Assembly: GCA_934167875.1 (NCBI GenBank)
Contig: CAKPMC010000006.1
Location: 16,646-80,645, forward strand
Direction: 5' to 3'
Length of the DNA stretch: 64,000 bases
Source: an uncultured Bacilli bacterium
GTDB lineage: Bacteria; Bacillota_I; Bacilli_A; RF39; UBA660
The notes under the pieces were generated by a model. That model made no database searches. It was not told the origin of the DNA and was given only the letters and a program-made list of their open reading frames with translations. Positions within the stretch are counted from its first letter, which is position 1, and each line of letters opens with the position of its first letter. Below, piece after piece: positions 51,377 to 62,093 of the stretch. Made by a program: the position numbers and the translations under genes.

Positions 51377-52657
51377 ATGTTTCATACTATGAAACAATTA
51401 TTTGCACCAACCAACAAAGATTTAAGACAAAGAATTTTATTTACGCTTGGTGCATTAATGATCTTTGTAATTGGAACATCAATTAGAGTTCCAGGTACAG
51501 ATGAAATAACAAGTAATCTAGGATTTCTAGAATTAATGAATGCTATGGGTGGTGGTTCTTTAAAGAACTTCTCAATCTTTGCATTAGGTGTAATGCCTTA
51601 CATTACAGCATCAATTATTATGCAATTATTACAGTTAGATATTATTCCTTACTTTAGTGAACTTGCTAAAGAAGGACCTGTAGGAAGACAAAAGATTAAT
51701 CAAATTACTCGTTATATGGGTATAATCTTTGCTTTCATTGAAGGATTCGCATTCTCATTTGTGTTCTTTAGAGCATCAAGTGCCCTAGATCACTTATACA
51801 TTGCAACAATCCTTACAGCAGGTACTGCCTTTACATTATGGTTAGGAGATCAAATTACACAAAAAGGTATTGGAAATGGTATGAGTTTAATTATCATGGC
51901 TGGTATCATTAAAGAACTTCCAACTATGTTTGTATTGGCATTCCAAGGATTAATATTAAATTCACAATTAGCTTCATGGCTAGGAATATTATTATTTGTA
52001 TTATTTGTTATTGTATATTTCTTAATTATCATTGGCGTAATTTGGGTACAAGAAGCCGATCGTAAGATTCCAATTCAATATGCTAATAAATCAACAAGTG
52101 CATATGGTAATCAACAATCTTATATGCCAATAAAAATTAATTCAGCTGGAGTTGTACCGGTAATCTTTGCATCAAGTTTCTTGATGATACCTGCAACAAT
52201 CGCTCAATTTACTAAAAATACAGGATTCATAAACTTCTGTAATAACTATTTAAGTTATAATACACCAGTAGGATTTTTAATATATGTATTCTTAATTTTC
52301 TTCTTTGGATACTTCTATACATTTATCCAAATTAAACCAGAAGAATTAGCTAAGAACCTACAACAAAATGGTGGTTTTATTCCAGCTGTAAGACCTGGAA
52401 AAGAAACAGAAGATTATGTATCAAAAGTATTATCAAGATTAACCGTAGTTGGTTCTATCTTCTTAATAATAATTGCTGGACTTCCAATATTATTTACAGC
52501 ACTTGTTAATCTTTCTGATAAAGTAAGCTTATCAAGTCAAGTAACAATAGGTGGTACTGGATTATTAATCGTAGTTGGAGTAGCTCTTGAAACTTATAAA
52601 CAATTAGAGGGAAGTTTAGTAACTCGTAGTTATAAGAAGAGTTATAGGAGAAGATAA
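51377..52657 (+). CDS. secY: preprotein translocase subunit SecY
   Basis: 10 TM helices, conserved position. Confidence 0.95.
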   Translation: MFHTMKQLFAPTNKDLRQRILFTLGALMIFVIGTSIRVPGTDEITSNLGFLELMNAMGGGSLKNFSIFALGVMPYITASIIMQLLQLDIIPYFSELAKEGPVGRQKINQITRYMGIIFAFIEGFAFSFVFFRASSALDHLYIATILTAGTAFTLWLGDQITQKGIGNGMSLIIMAGIIKELPTMFVLAFQGLILNSQLASWLGILLFVLFVIVYFLIIIGVIWVQEADRKIPIQYANKSTSAYGNQQSYMPIKINSAGVVPVIFASSFLMIPATIAQFTKNTGFINFCNNYLSYNTPVGFLIYVFLIFFFGYFYTFIQIKPEELAKNLQQNGGFIPAVRPGKETEDYVSKVLSRLTVVGSIFLIIIAGLPILFTALVNLSDKVSLSSQVTIGGTGLLIVVGVALETYKQLEGSLVTRSYKKSYRRR

Positions 52658-52660
52658 AAA

Positions 52661-53314
52661 ATGAATATTATTTTGTTAGCTCCACCTGCTGCTGGTAAAG
52701 GAACACAAGCAGAATTATTAACAGAGGAGTATAATTTAAATCATATTTCAACAGGTGATCTATTAAGGGAAGCATCCCAAGAACAAACAGAGTTTGGAAA
52801 CAAATTAAAAAGTATGTTGGAAAGCGGTAATCTAGTTAGTGATGAAATAGTATTAGAAGTATTAGATAAATATTTAGATAAAACTAATAATTTCAATTTG
52901 CTACTAGATGGCTTTCCACGAGATATCTATCAAGCAGAAAAATTAGATGAACTTCTAAAATCAAAAGGAAGTAAAATCGATTACGTTTTTCTACTAAATG
53001 TAGATAAAGATACCCTGCTTTATAGAATAACCGGTCGAAGACTATGTAAAAGTTGCGGAGCAATCTACAATGTCAATATAGATCCGTTAAAACCAAAAAT
53101 TGATTCAATATGTGATAAGTGTGGAGGTAATTTGATAGCTCGTAAAGATGATAATGAAGAAACATTCGAAGTTCGTTATCAAGAATATGAGCATCAAACT
53201 AAACCACTAATAGATTATTATCTACGTCAAAATAATCTTTATGAAATAGATAGTAGTATTAGTAAAGAAGATACTTTTAGACAAATTAAATCAATCTTTG
53301 AACAATCAAAGTGA
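52661..53314 (+). CDS. adk: adenylate kinase (Zn-binding LID)
   Basis: P-loop GPPAAGKGTQ; LID cysteines CKSCG...CDKCGG. Confidence 0.9.
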   Translation: MNIILLAPPAAGKGTQAELLTEEYNLNHISTGDLLREASQEQTEFGNKLKSMLESGNLVSDEIVLEVLDKYLDKTNNFNLLLDGFPRDIYQAEKLDELLKSKGSKIDYVFLLNVDKDTLLYRITGRRLCKSCGAIYNVNIDPLKPKIDSICDKCGGNLIARKDDNEETFEVRYQEYEHQTKPLIDYYLRQNNLYEIDSSISKEDTFRQIKSIFEQSK

Positions 53315-53473
53315 TAAAAGAATCATTGAACTTACAGAAAACATTGTTTCCTGCATATCAATATCAAGCCTTAAAAAGAAGTAATTACTATATATAGTAA
53401 TTCTTCTTCTGCAAGGTTATATACCATCTTGCACTTTGATAAAAGATGGTTAAAAAGACGGGAGAGTGATAAA

Positions 53474-53689
53474 ATGGCAAAGGATGATATAATTGAAGTA
53501 GAAGGAAAAGTCCTAGAAATTATTCCAGGTGGAAAATTTAAAGTTCAATTAGAAAATGGCCACATTGTGGAAGCCCACGTTTCTGGTAAAATCCGAATGA
53601 ATTACATTCGCATTCTACCAGGTGATACCGTAACTATAGAATTAACGCCTTATGATTTAACACGTGGGAGAATAACCTATAGAAAGTAG
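53474..53689 (+). CDS. infA: translation initiation factor IF-1
   Basis: [13 protein letters not shown]... The track ORF starts at an upstream in-frame Met. Confidence 0.9.
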   Translation: MAKDDIIEVEGKVLEIIPGGKFKVQLENGHIVEAHVSGKIRMNYIRILPGDTVTIELTPYDLTRGRITYRK

Positions 53690-53701
53690 GAGGGAATAAA
53701 A

Positions 53702-53815
53702 ATGAAAGTAAAACCATCAGTAAAGAAAATGTGTGCAAAATGTAGAATAATCAGACGTAAAGGTAAAGTAATGGTTATTTGTGAAAATCCAAAGCACAAA
53801 CAAAAACAAGGATAA
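53702..53815 (+). CDS. rpmJ: 50S ribosomal protein L36 (37 aa), not in the ORF track
   Basis: [37 protein letters not shown] after RBS GGAGGG. Confidence 0.85.
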   Translation: MKVKPSVKKMCAKCRIIRRKGKVMVICENPKHKQKQG

Positions 53816-53833
53816 TAAATAGGAGGTGTATTT

Positions 53834-54199
53834 ATGGCACGTATTAAAGGAATTGATTTACCTAACGAAAAACACGTATCAATAGCATTAACTAGTATTT
53901 ATGGTATTGGAAGAAAATTAGCACTTACAATTTGTAATGATGCAAAAGTTGATCCATCTAAGAAAGCAAAAGACTTAGATCAAGATGAGCAAACAAGACT
54001 TCGTGATGAGGTAAATAAATATCTAACTGAAGGAGATCTTCGTCGTGAAGTTAATATGAACATCAAAACTAAGATGGAAATTAACTCATATCAAGGAACT
54101 CGTCATAAAAAAGGATTACCAGTAAGAGGACAAAGAACTAATAGAAATGCTCGTACTCGCAAAGGTAAACCAAAAACAATAGCTAATAAAAAGAAATAA
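53834..54199 (+). CDS. rpsM: 30S ribosomal protein S13
   Basis: Conserved sequence. Confidence 0.95.
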   Translation: MARIKGIDLPNEKHVSIALTSIYGIGRKLALTICNDAKVDPSKKAKDLDQDEQTRLRDEVNKYLTEGDLRREVNMNIKTKMEINSYQGTRHKKGLPVRGQRTNRNARTRKGKPKTIANKKK

Positions 54200-54224
54200 A
54201 AATTAATATAAAGGAGGAGAGACT

Positions 54225-54608
54225 ATGGCCTACAAGACAAGAAAAAGAAAAGTCAAAAAGAATGTACCTGAAGGAATGGCACATATTCATTCAACATTTA
54301 ATAATACTATCGTAACAATCAGCGATAAAGAAGGAAATGCAATCAGTTGGGCATCAAGTGGAGCAATCGGTTATAAAGGAAGTAAGAAATCAACTCCATT
54401 TGCAGCTGGTCAAGCAGCAGAAGCAGCTGGAAAAGCAGCATACGATATGGGAATGCGTAAAGTTGAAGTATTCGTAAAAGGTATGGGACCAGGACGTGAA
54501 ACAGCAATTCGTTCATTACAAACAGCTGGATTAGAAGTAACAGCTATCTCAGATGTAACTCCAATTCCACATAATGGATGTCGTCCACCAAAACGCCCTC
54601 GTGGGTAA
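54225..54608 (+). CDS. rpsK: 30S ribosomal protein S11
   Basis: Conserved sequence. Confidence 0.95.
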   Translation: MAYKTRKRKVKKNVPEGMAHIHSTFNNTIVTISDKEGNAISWASSGAIGYKGSKKSTPFAAGQAAEAAGKAAYDMGMRKVEVFVKGMGPGRETAIRSLQTAGLEVTAISDVTPIPHNGCRPPKRPRG

Positions 54609-54630
54609 TTAAAATAAGGAGGTTAGTTTC

Positions 54631-55581
54631 ATGTTACAATTTGAAAAACCAGTATATAAAATAGTAGAAAACGTAGAAAGTAATTTCTATGGAAAATTCG
54701 AACTTGAACCATTAGAAAGAGGATTTGGTACTACATTAGGTAATGCTTTAAGAAGAGTAATGCTATCTAGCTTACCAGGATCAGCAATAACTAGTGTTAA
54801 AATTGATGGTGTTAGCCATGAATTCCAAACTATCGATGGTATCAGAGAAGATGTAGCATTAATCGTTTTAAATTTAAAGGGAGTAGTTATTAAAAACCAT
54901 TCTAATGAAAATAAAATAATCCGTTTAAATGCTACTAAAGAAGGTGTCGTTACTGCTGGAGATTTTGAGCATGATAGCGATATCGAAATTTTAAACCCTG
55001 ATAAAGAGATAGCTACTATCGCTAAGGGTGGAAAATTAGTTATGGAAATGACAGTAGGAAACGGTAGAGGTTATGTTAAGAGTGATGACAACAAAAAATT
55101 ATTAACAGATAAAAAAGTTGGAACAATCGCAATTGATTCTCTATATTCACCTATTGAAAGAGTTGCATACGAAGTTGAACCTGCTCGTGTTGGACAAAAC
55201 GAAAACTATGATAAATTAGTATTAAGCGTATGGACAAACGGTTCTATTAGACCAGAAGAAGCAGTAGCTTTAGCATCTCGTATCTTAATTGAACATTTTG
55301 AAATTTTAACAGATTTAAGTAGTATAGCTGATATGAGTGGAATTATGATTGAAAAAACAGAAGATCCAAAAGTAAAAGCTTTAGAAACTACTATTGAAGA
55401 CTTAGATTTCTCAGTAAGAGCTTATAATTGCTTAAAGAGAGCTGGAATTCATACATTACAAGACCTTGTTAACAAATCAGAATCAGATATGATGAAGATT
55501 CGTAACTTAGGTAAGAAATCATTAAAAGAAGTATTAGATAAAGTAAGAGACTTAGGTTTAGTACTACGTGATGAAGATTAA
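54631..55581 (+). CDS. rpoA: DNA-directed RNA polymerase subunit alpha
   Basis: Conserved sequence, alpha-CTD. Confidence 0.95.
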   Translation: MLQFEKPVYKIVENVESNFYGKFELEPLERGFGTTLGNALRRVMLSSLPGSAITSVKIDGVSHEFQTIDGIREDVALIVLNLKGVVIKNHSNENKIIRLNATKEGVVTAGDFEHDSDIEILNPDKEIATIAKGGKLVMEMTVGNGRGYVKSDDNKKLLTDKKVGTIAIDSLYSPIERVAYEVEPARVGQNENYDKLVLSVWTNGSIRPEEAVALASRILIEHFEILTDLSSIADMSGIMIEKTEDPKVKALETTIEDLDFSVRAYNCLKRAGIHTLQDLVNKSESDMMKIRNLGKKSLKEVLDKVRDLGLVLRDED

Positions 55582-55599
55582 TAAGTAAGGAGGATCAAG

Positions 55600-55944
55600 A
55601 TGGCTTATAGAAAATTAGGTCGTGATAATAAACATAGAAGAAGCATGCTTGCTAACTTAACTAAAGATGTTATCATGAATGAAAAAATCGTTACAACTGA
55701 AACAAGAGCTAAAGAAGTTCGCTCTTTAGTTGATAAAATGATTACTTATGGAAAAAATGGTAGCTTAGTATCTAGAAGAAAAGCTTTAGCTTTCTTACAA
55801 AATGATACAGTAGCTGTTAAAAAAGTATTTGACGAATTAGCTCCACGTTACAAAGATCGTAACGGTGGATATACTAGAATTTTAAAACTTTCTGAAAGAA
55901 GAGGAGACGACGCTTTAGAAGTTATTCTAGAACTAGTAAAATAA
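55600..55944 (+). CDS. rplQ: 50S ribosomal protein L17
   Basis: Conserved sequence. Confidence 0.95.
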   Translation: MAYRKLGRDNKHRRSMLANLTKDVIMNEKIVTTETRAKEVRSLVDKMITYGKNGSLVSRRKALAFLQNDTVAVKKVFDELAPRYKDRNGGYTRILKLSERRGDDALEVILELVK

Positions 55945-55949
55945 TTTTA

Positions 55950-55985
55950 AGACTATCGAAAGATAGTCTTTTATTATATAATAAT
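55950..55985 (+). terminator. rho-independent terminator after rplQ
   Basis: AAGACTATC-GAAA-GATAGTCTT + TTTT. Confidence 0.5.
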
Positions 55986-55998
55986 GCTAGGTGATAAA

Positions 55999-56787
55999 AT
56001 GTATAAACTAATAGCAATGGATTTTGATGGTACTTTATTAACTACTGATAAAAAAGTTACTGATTATACAAAGAAAGTATTATTAGAATTAAAACAACTA
56101 AATTATATTATAGTTGGGGTAACCGCAAGAACACTAGACAGTGTGAAAAGTGTTGCTGATATTAATATGTTTGATTATCTAATTTTAAATAACGGTGGAT
56201 ATATTTATGATATTAAAAATAATAGTGGAGAGTATCAAGATATGATTAGTAAACAGGACTATACCAGTATTACTGAGCAACTAAAAGATCTAAGTAAAAG
56301 AATTGATTACTGTTCTAAGAACTTTTATTACTATTATAAAGAAACACTTGGCGATGAACGTCCATTTATTAAAAGAATAACTTCATTAGATGAAATCAAT
56401 GAAAAAATACTAAGAATGAATATTCATATATCAAATGAAGATACAATAGATTATTGTCTTAATTCAATAACTAATAACTATAAAGATTTAAAGTGTTTTA
56501 TAATGGAAGATTCTGATAATGCTGGAAAATGGTTAGTTGTTAGTCCCAAAAATATAGATAAAGGAGTATCATTAAAAAAATTGGGTAATAAACTAAAAAT
56601 TAATAATGATGAGATGATATTTTTTGGTGATGGACCTAACGATTTAGAGGTAATTAAATTAGTTGGTTGTGGAGTAGCCATGTCTAATGCTATTGATATA
56701 ATTAAATCAGAAGCTAAATACATAACACTATCCAATAATCAGGACGGTATAGCCATATTTTTAGAAAAATATTTATTAAAAAGGTAG
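55999..56787 (+). CDS. Cof-type HAD-IIB family hydrolase
   Basis: DFDGTLL motif I, ...FGDGPND motif. Confidence 0.7.
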   Translation: MYKLIAMDFDGTLLTTDKKVTDYTKKVLLELKQLNYIIVGVTARTLDSVKSVADINMFDYLILNNGGYIYDIKNNSGEYQDMISKQDYTSITEQLKDLSKRIDYCSKNFYYYYKETLGDERPFIKRITSLDEINEKILRMNIHISNEDTIDYCLNSITNNYKDLKCFIMEDSDNAGKWLVVSPKNIDKGVSLKKLGNKLKINNDEMIFFGDGPNDLEVIKLVGCGVAMSNAIDIIKSEAKYITLSNNQDGIAIFLEKYLLKR

Positions 56788-56873
56788 TTTTACATCATTA
56801 TTATCAAATTTTCTATGTAAAAAGTGCTTTAAAAACACAAAAAACAATGCTATAATGAAATTAGGGTGGTAAT

Positions 56874-57626
56874 ATGAAAGCTTTAGTAACAGGTGCATCA
56901 AGTGGAATTGGTAAAGAAATTGCCATATATCTTGATAAATTAGGATATGAAGTAATATTGGTAGCTAGAAATAAAGAAAAATTAGAAAGTGTTGCCAAAA
57001 CTTTAACTCATAAGCCTAAAATTATTGTGATGGACTTACAACAGGTAGAAGATATAAAATCTTTATATGTATTGGTAAAAAATGACGACATTGATATTTT
57101 AGTAAACAATGCCGGCTTTGGATTATGTGGTAACTTCACTGATATAGAATTATCAAAAGAATTAGAAATGATTGATATTAATATTAAAGCAGTGCACATA
57201 TTAACCAAATTGTTTTTAAAAGATATGAAAAGGAAAAATAGGGGCTATATTCTTAATGTTGCTTCATCAGCTGCTTTTGAATCAGGTCCATTAATGGCCA
57301 CTTACTATAGTACTAAATCATATATCTATAGATTAACTGAAGCTATAAATTATGAGTTAAAAAAGGAAAAAGTAAATGTTAACGTATCTTGTTTATGTCC
57401 TGGACCAGTAGATACTAATTTTAACAATGTAGCTAATGTTAAGTTTTCAGTTAAACCATTAAAAGCAGACTATGTAGCTAAATATGCTGTAGATAAAATG
57501 TTCAATAATAAAATGCTTATAATTCCAGGGTTAAAAATGAAATTAGCTAAATTTTTTGGTAGATTTTTATCAGATAAAGCCCTTATGAGAATGACCTATC
57601 GAATTCAAAGAAGAAAAATCAAATAA
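56874..57626 (+). CDS. short-chain dehydrogenase/reductase (SDR)
   Basis: TGASSGIGK, NNAG, YxxxK (YYSTKSY). Confidence 0.75.
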   Translation: MKALVTGASSGIGKEIAIYLDKLGYEVILVARNKEKLESVAKTLTHKPKIIVMDLQQVEDIKSLYVLVKNDDIDILVNNAGFGLCGNFTDIELSKELEMIDINIKAVHILTKLFLKDMKRKNRGYILNVASSAAFESGPLMATYYSTKSYIYRLTEAINYELKKEKVNVNVSCLCPGPVDTNFNNVANVKFSVKPLKADYVAKYAVDKMFNNKMLIIPGLKMKLAKFFGRFLSDKALMRMTYRIQRRKIK

Positions 57627-57629
57627 GAA

Positions 57630-57652
57630 TACTAGAAATAGTATTTTTTTCA
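57630..57652 (+). terminator. rho-independent terminator after the SDR gene
   Basis: AATACTA-GAA-TAGTATT + T7. Confidence 0.45.
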
Positions 57653-57704
57653 TTGAATTAAATACAGTAATCGAGTATAATAATAAAGCAAATGAGGTGG
57701 TAGA

Positions 57705-58514
57705 ATGGCAAATATTTTAGAAATAAAAAAATTAAATTTCAGCTATGGTAAAACTACCATTTTCAAAGATTTTGATTTATCAGTACCGGAAGGTAAATAT
57801 ATAAGTATAGCTGGAAATAATACTAGTGGTAAAACTACTTTAATCAAAATAATTAGTGGTATTCTTCCAAGTAAAAATACCGTTACTATAGGTTATTCTT
57901 ATGTAGATAATAATCGTATACAAGATCATACCAAAGAATTAGGAATTGTTTTTGGTGATAATATAAATACATTTTTATTTGAAGATGTCTATAAAGAAAT
58001 GGCCTTTCCTCTAGAAAATTTAAATATGGCCCCAGCAGAAATAGAAAAAAGAATTTTAGAACTAGCTAAAAGTTTTGGAATATCTAAATTACTAGACAAA
58101 AAAACCATAGATTTAACTCAATCAGAAAAACAAGAAATTTTATTAGTATTATCACTTCTTCATAAACCAAGAATTTTGCTACTAGATAATCCTTTTTCTA
58201 TGATGGATAGTAACACTAAGGCTAAAATTAAAAAGGCTTTAAAAGATTATCAAAAAAATAATAAACTAACTATTGTATTAACTACTACTAATCTAGAAGA
58301 TACCATAGATACTGATTATTTATACATTATAAATGATGGCGATATTTTAATAGAAGGAGAGCCACTAACAGTATTAAAAGAAGACACAATGTTAAATCAT
58401 TTAGGATTATATAATTCATTCATGGTAGATCTATCATTAAAATTAAAATTCTATGAGTTATTAGATGATGTAGAACTAGATATGGACAGGATGGTGAATA
58501 CATTATGGAAATAA
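57705..58514 (+). CDS. ecfA1: ECF-transporter ATPase-like subunit EcfA1 (degenerate motifs)
   Basis: Position after rplQ as in Firmicutes. Walker A GNNTSGKTT is present, but the Q-loop, signature (LTQSEKQ), Walker B (LLLDNP) and H-loop are degenerate. Confidence 0.55.
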   Translation: MANILEIKKLNFSYGKTTIFKDFDLSVPEGKYISIAGNNTSGKTTLIKIISGILPSKNTVTIGYSYVDNNRIQDHTKELGIVFGDNINTFLFEDVYKEMAFPLENLNMAPAEIEKRILELAKSFGISKLLDKKTIDLTQSEKQEILLVLSLLHKPRILLLDNPFSMMDSNTKAKIKKALKDYQKNNKLTIVLTTTNLEDTIDTDYLYIINDGDILIEGEPLTVLKEDTMLNHLGLYNSFMVDLSLKLKFYELLDDVELDMDRMVNTLWK

Positions 58515-59314
58515 CTTTAAAAAATGTTAGTTACCGCTATAAAAATAAAAAATTACTTGAAAGAATTAATTTAAAAATAGAAGATAATCATATTACTGGT
58601 ATCATAGGTGAATACAAATCTCTACTATGCGAATTAATTGATTCTCTAAAAAAACCATCAACTGGTTCTATTTTAGTAGGAGCACTAGAAATAAATAAAG
58701 AAAATCTAAAAACAGTACGTAAAGAAGTTTCATTAATTAGACAAAATGCTTATGATCAATTTTTTACAGATAATGTAAAAGAAGAGATGATGTTTTTAAT
58801 ATCTAGACTAAATTATAAGCCAAGAGATTTAAATAAAAAAATGAATCAGGCATTATTACTAGTAGGTCTTGATAAGAGTTATTTGAATAAATCAATTCAA
58901 AGTCTATCTAGTGGTGAAAAAAAATTATTTCAAGTAGCCATAAGTTTAATATACAATCCAAGTATTATTATATTTGATGAACCATTTGCTACTCTAGATT
59001 ATTCAAATCAAAAGAAGTTATCCAAACTAATCAAATTACTTAAAGAAAAATATAATAAAACAGTAATTATAGCTAGTAATAATTGTGATTTATTATATGA
59101 ATTAACGGACGACATAGTAATACTAAAAAAAGGTCATATTATAGCTGCTGATGATACAGTTAAAGTATATCAAGATATTGAATTACTAAAAGATAATGAA
59201 ATAGAAATGCCTAATTTAGTTAAATTTACAATGTTAGCAAAGGCTAAAAAAGTCAAATTATCTTACCATCGAGATATACGTGATTTGATAAAGGATGTGT
59301 ATAAACATGTTTAA
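58505..59314 (+). CDS. ecfA2: ECF-transporter ATPase-like subunit EcfA2 (Walker A lost)
   Basis: Signature LSSGEKK and Walker B IIIFDEP are present, but Walker A is GIIGEYKSLL (no GK[ST]). Confidence 0.55.
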   Translation: MEITLKNVSYRYKNKKLLERINLKIEDNHITGIIGEYKSLLCELIDSLKKPSTGSILVGALEINKENLKTVRKEVSLIRQNAYDQFFTDNVKEEMMFLISRLNYKPRDLNKKMNQALLLVGLDKSYLNKSIQSLSSGEKKLFQVAISLIYNPSIIIFDEPFATLDYSNQKKLSKLIKLLKEKYNKTVIIASNNCDLLYELTDDIVILKKGHIIAADDTVKVYQDIELLKDNEIEMPNLVKFTMLAKAKKVKLSYHRDIRDLIKDVYKHV

Positions 59315-59957
59315 TAAGAATTCCATTATCAAAGAAGTAAATATTATTAATAAATTAGTATGTTACTTACTAATATTAATAGCTTTAATAATATGTAGGG
59401 AACCAATATTCATAGTATTTGTTAACTTAACACTGTTGATAATAACTAGACAATATTCAAAACTGTTTAAAACTAATTTAGTAATCATGTTTTTATCAAT
59501 ACTATCTATCTTTTTTCCACAGATTTTGTGGATAACTAAAATGGGAATCTTAATTATATATACAGTATTGTTGAAAAAAGTAACTCAAACAGTTGAATTA
59601 AGATATGTGCTAGAAAGCACATTATATCGCTTTCAAAGTAAAAAAATAACTTATAAAATTTTATATGCAATTTACTTTATTAAGTATTTTAAGAAAAATA
59701 TAAAGAGAATGTTAGTATTAAAAGATGATTATAGTATGCCTTTAAATTATAAATTAATTAAATTTATAATAAAACATGCTTATAATAAGACTAAAAATCA
59801 AATGAAAGTATTCATTGAAGTAAATAAATTGCGATTTTATAATGATTCTAAAAATAGAACTTATATTGAAAAAAAAGAAACATGGGAATCATGGGATACT
59901 AATTATTTAATTGCTCATATAATTATAATGTTATTAACAGTTTTTTATGGGAGGTAG
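59295..59957 (+). CDS. ecfT: ECF-transporter transmembrane T-component-like protein (short, divergent)
   Basis: Polytopic membrane protein in the syntenic ecfT position before truA. Confidence 0.4.
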   Translation: MCINMFNKNSIIKEVNIINKLVCYLLILIALIICREPIFIVFVNLTLLIITRQYSKLFKTNLVIMFLSILSIFFPQILWITKMGILIIYTVLLKKVTQTVELRYVLESTLYRFQSKKITYKILYAIYFIKYFKKNIKRMLVLKDDYSMPLNYKLIKFIIKHAYNKTKNQMKVFIEVNKLRFYNDSKNRTYIEKKETWESWDTNYLIAHIIIMLLTVFYGR

Positions 59958-59959
59958 TT

Positions 59960-60691
59960 ATGCGCTATAGAATTGATTTTTCATATGATGGTACCAATTT
60001 TAATGGTTATCAACTTCAACCCAATTTAAGGACTGTTCAAAATGAATTAGAAAAGGCAGTTAGTTACTTAAATAGACAAACTTATACTCAAGTTCAATCA
60101 TCGGGAAGAACTGATAAAGGTGTTCATGCTCTAAACCAGGTTGCCCATTTTGATTTAGACGTAGAAATACCACTATACAAAATCAAGAGAGGTCTAAATT
60201 CTAATTTACCTGCTGATATACATATTATTGATGTTAGATCTGTATCAAATAATTTTCATGCTAGATTTTCAGCTAAAAAAAAGGAGTACATATATAAAAT
60301 AAATATTGGTGAATATAATCCTATGATGAGAAATTATATTTATCAATATAATAAAGATCTAGATCTAAATAAAATGAAAGAAGCAATTAAATATTTTGAA
60401 GGAACACATGATTTTACGTCATTTGTATCTAGTGAAGATGCAAGAGAAAATAAAATAAGAACTATTTTAAAAACATCTATTAAAGAAAAAAATAATATAG
60501 TTGAAATAAGCTTTCAAGCTGATGGCTTTATGAAATATCAAGTAAGAAATATGGTAGGTCTTCTATTATATATTGGTAGTGGTAAGAAAGAACCTAAAGA
60601 TGTAGTAAGTATTATTGAAGCCAAAGATAGAACTAAATCAGTAAAAACAGCTCCACCTGAAGGATTATATTTGAAAAAAGTATGGTATTAG
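59960..60691 (+). CDS. truA: tRNA pseudouridine(38-40) synthase
   Basis: GTNFNGYQLQP ... RTDKGVHA catalytic Asp motif. Confidence 0.9.
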   Translation: MRYRIDFSYDGTNFNGYQLQPNLRTVQNELEKAVSYLNRQTYTQVQSSGRTDKGVHALNQVAHFDLDVEIPLYKIKRGLNSNLPADIHIIDVRSVSNNFHARFSAKKKEYIYKINIGEYNPMMRNYIYQYNKDLDLNKMKEAIKYFEGTHDFTSFVSSEDARENKIRTILKTSIKEKNNIVEISFQADGFMKYQVRNMVGLLLYIGSGKKEPKDVVSIIEAKDRTKSVKTAPPEGLYLKKVWY

Positions 60692-60850
60692 GATAAATAA
60701 TACTATAAAAAGTTTAAAAAAAGTAGATTTTAATTGACTTTGACACCTGTTTATAATATAATTTTAACTGGTACATTTTATAGATTCCATATTTTTGATT
60801 AAGTCGTGGGAAAACTTAATTGAAACGGAAAAAGTAAAAGGAGAAAAATT

Positions 60851-61279
60851 ATGACAAGTTTTATGCAAACAAAAGAAACTGTTGATCGCAAATGGTATAT
60901 TATTGATGCCAAAGATCAACCATTAGGAAAAGTAGCTGCAAAAGCTGCTCACATGTTAAGAGGTAAACATAAACCTACTTACACACCACATGTTGACTGT
61001 GGAGATTACATTATCATTATTAATGCAAAAGATGTTAAATTAACTGGTAACAAGTTAGACCAAAAAATGTATTATAATCATTCTATGTATCCAGGTGGAT
61101 TAAGAGAAAGAACTGCAAGAGTAATGAAAGAACAATATCCAATTGAAATGATGGAAAGAGCTGTAAAAGGAATGCTTCCACATAACAGATTAGGACGCGC
61201 AATGTACAAAAAATTATTCGTATATGAAGGAGAAACTCATAATCAACAAGCTCAAAAACCTGTTGTTATTGAGTTATAA
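60851..61279 (+). CDS. rplM: 50S ribosomal protein L13
   Basis: Conserved sequence. Confidence 0.95.
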   Translation: MTSFMQTKETVDRKWYIIDAKDQPLGKVAAKAAHMLRGKHKPTYTPHVDCGDYIIIINAKDVKLTGNKLDQKMYYNHSMYPGGLRERTARVMKEQYPIEMMERAVKGMLPHNRLGRAMYKKLFVYEGETHNQQAQKPVVIEL

Positions 61280-61291
61280 TAGGAGGATAAT

Positions 61292-61711
61292 ATGGCAAAA
61301 GATAAAGTTTATACTGGAACTGGTAGAAGAAAAACTAGTGTTGCTAGAGTTAAATTAATTCCAGGAAAAGGTAAGGTAACAATCAATGGTAAAGATGTAC
61401 ATGAATATTTACCATATGAAACTCTTATTATGGATTTAATGCAACCATTAGTACTTACTAACACAAATGAAATGTTTGATGTTGAAGTAAATGTAACTGG
61501 TGGTGGATTCTCTGGTCAAACAGGAGCAATTCGTTTAGGAATTACTAGAGCACTTTTAAGTTATGATTCAACAACAGCTAAAGATTCTGAAAATAGCTTC
61601 AGAAAGCCTTTAAAAGCTGCTGGATTTATTACTCGTGACGCTCGTAAGAAAGAACGTAAAAAACCAGGATTAAAGAAAGCACGTCGTGCACCACAATTCT
61701 CAAAACGTTAG
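61292..61711 (+). CDS. rpsI: 30S ribosomal protein S9
   Basis: Conserved sequence with C-terminal ...FSKR. Confidence 0.95.
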   Translation: MAKDKVYTGTGRRKTSVARVKLIPGKGKVTINGKDVHEYLPYETLIMDLMQPLVLTNTNEMFDVEVNVTGGGFSGQTGAIRLGITRALLSYDSTTAKDSENSFRKPLKAAGFITRDARKKERKKPGLKKARRAPQFSKR

Positions 61712-61715
61712 AATA

Positions 61716-61760
61716 TTGGATATCAAAAAGTATTGGCAATCAGCCAATACTTTTTTTATA
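61716..61760 (+). terminator. rho-independent terminator after rpsI
   Basis: AAAAAGTATTGGC-AATCA-GCCAATACTTTTTTT. Confidence 0.6.
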
Positions 61761-62093
61761 CATAAAAAAAGACTATCAAATAGTCTAAAGATAGATATCA
61801 TTATTAGATGTATTAACAAATTTAGTTTCATTAAAAGCATCAATAATAGAAAAATCAGAAATTCCATTATCTCTAAAAAAATGTTCATAATCACATAAAA
61901 TATTAGAATAATGAATAATACGATTGACAGCCAAATTAGTATAACTGACATCCCTAACTTTTTCTTCTATCTTTTTACCATGAATATACATGCTTGCATC
62001 TCCTTTTAAAATTACGGCATGTATTAATGATATCAAAACTAACCAAAAAAATAGTAATTTATATTTAAAACGACATTTTTCGATGAAAAAAGT

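Noticed and set aside
61686-62036. Short overlapping ORFs between rpsI and the LytTR regulator
   Set aside because: They are low-complexity and Ile/Lys-rich, overlap on both strands, and have no RBS. They probably represent non-coding terminator and promoter space.
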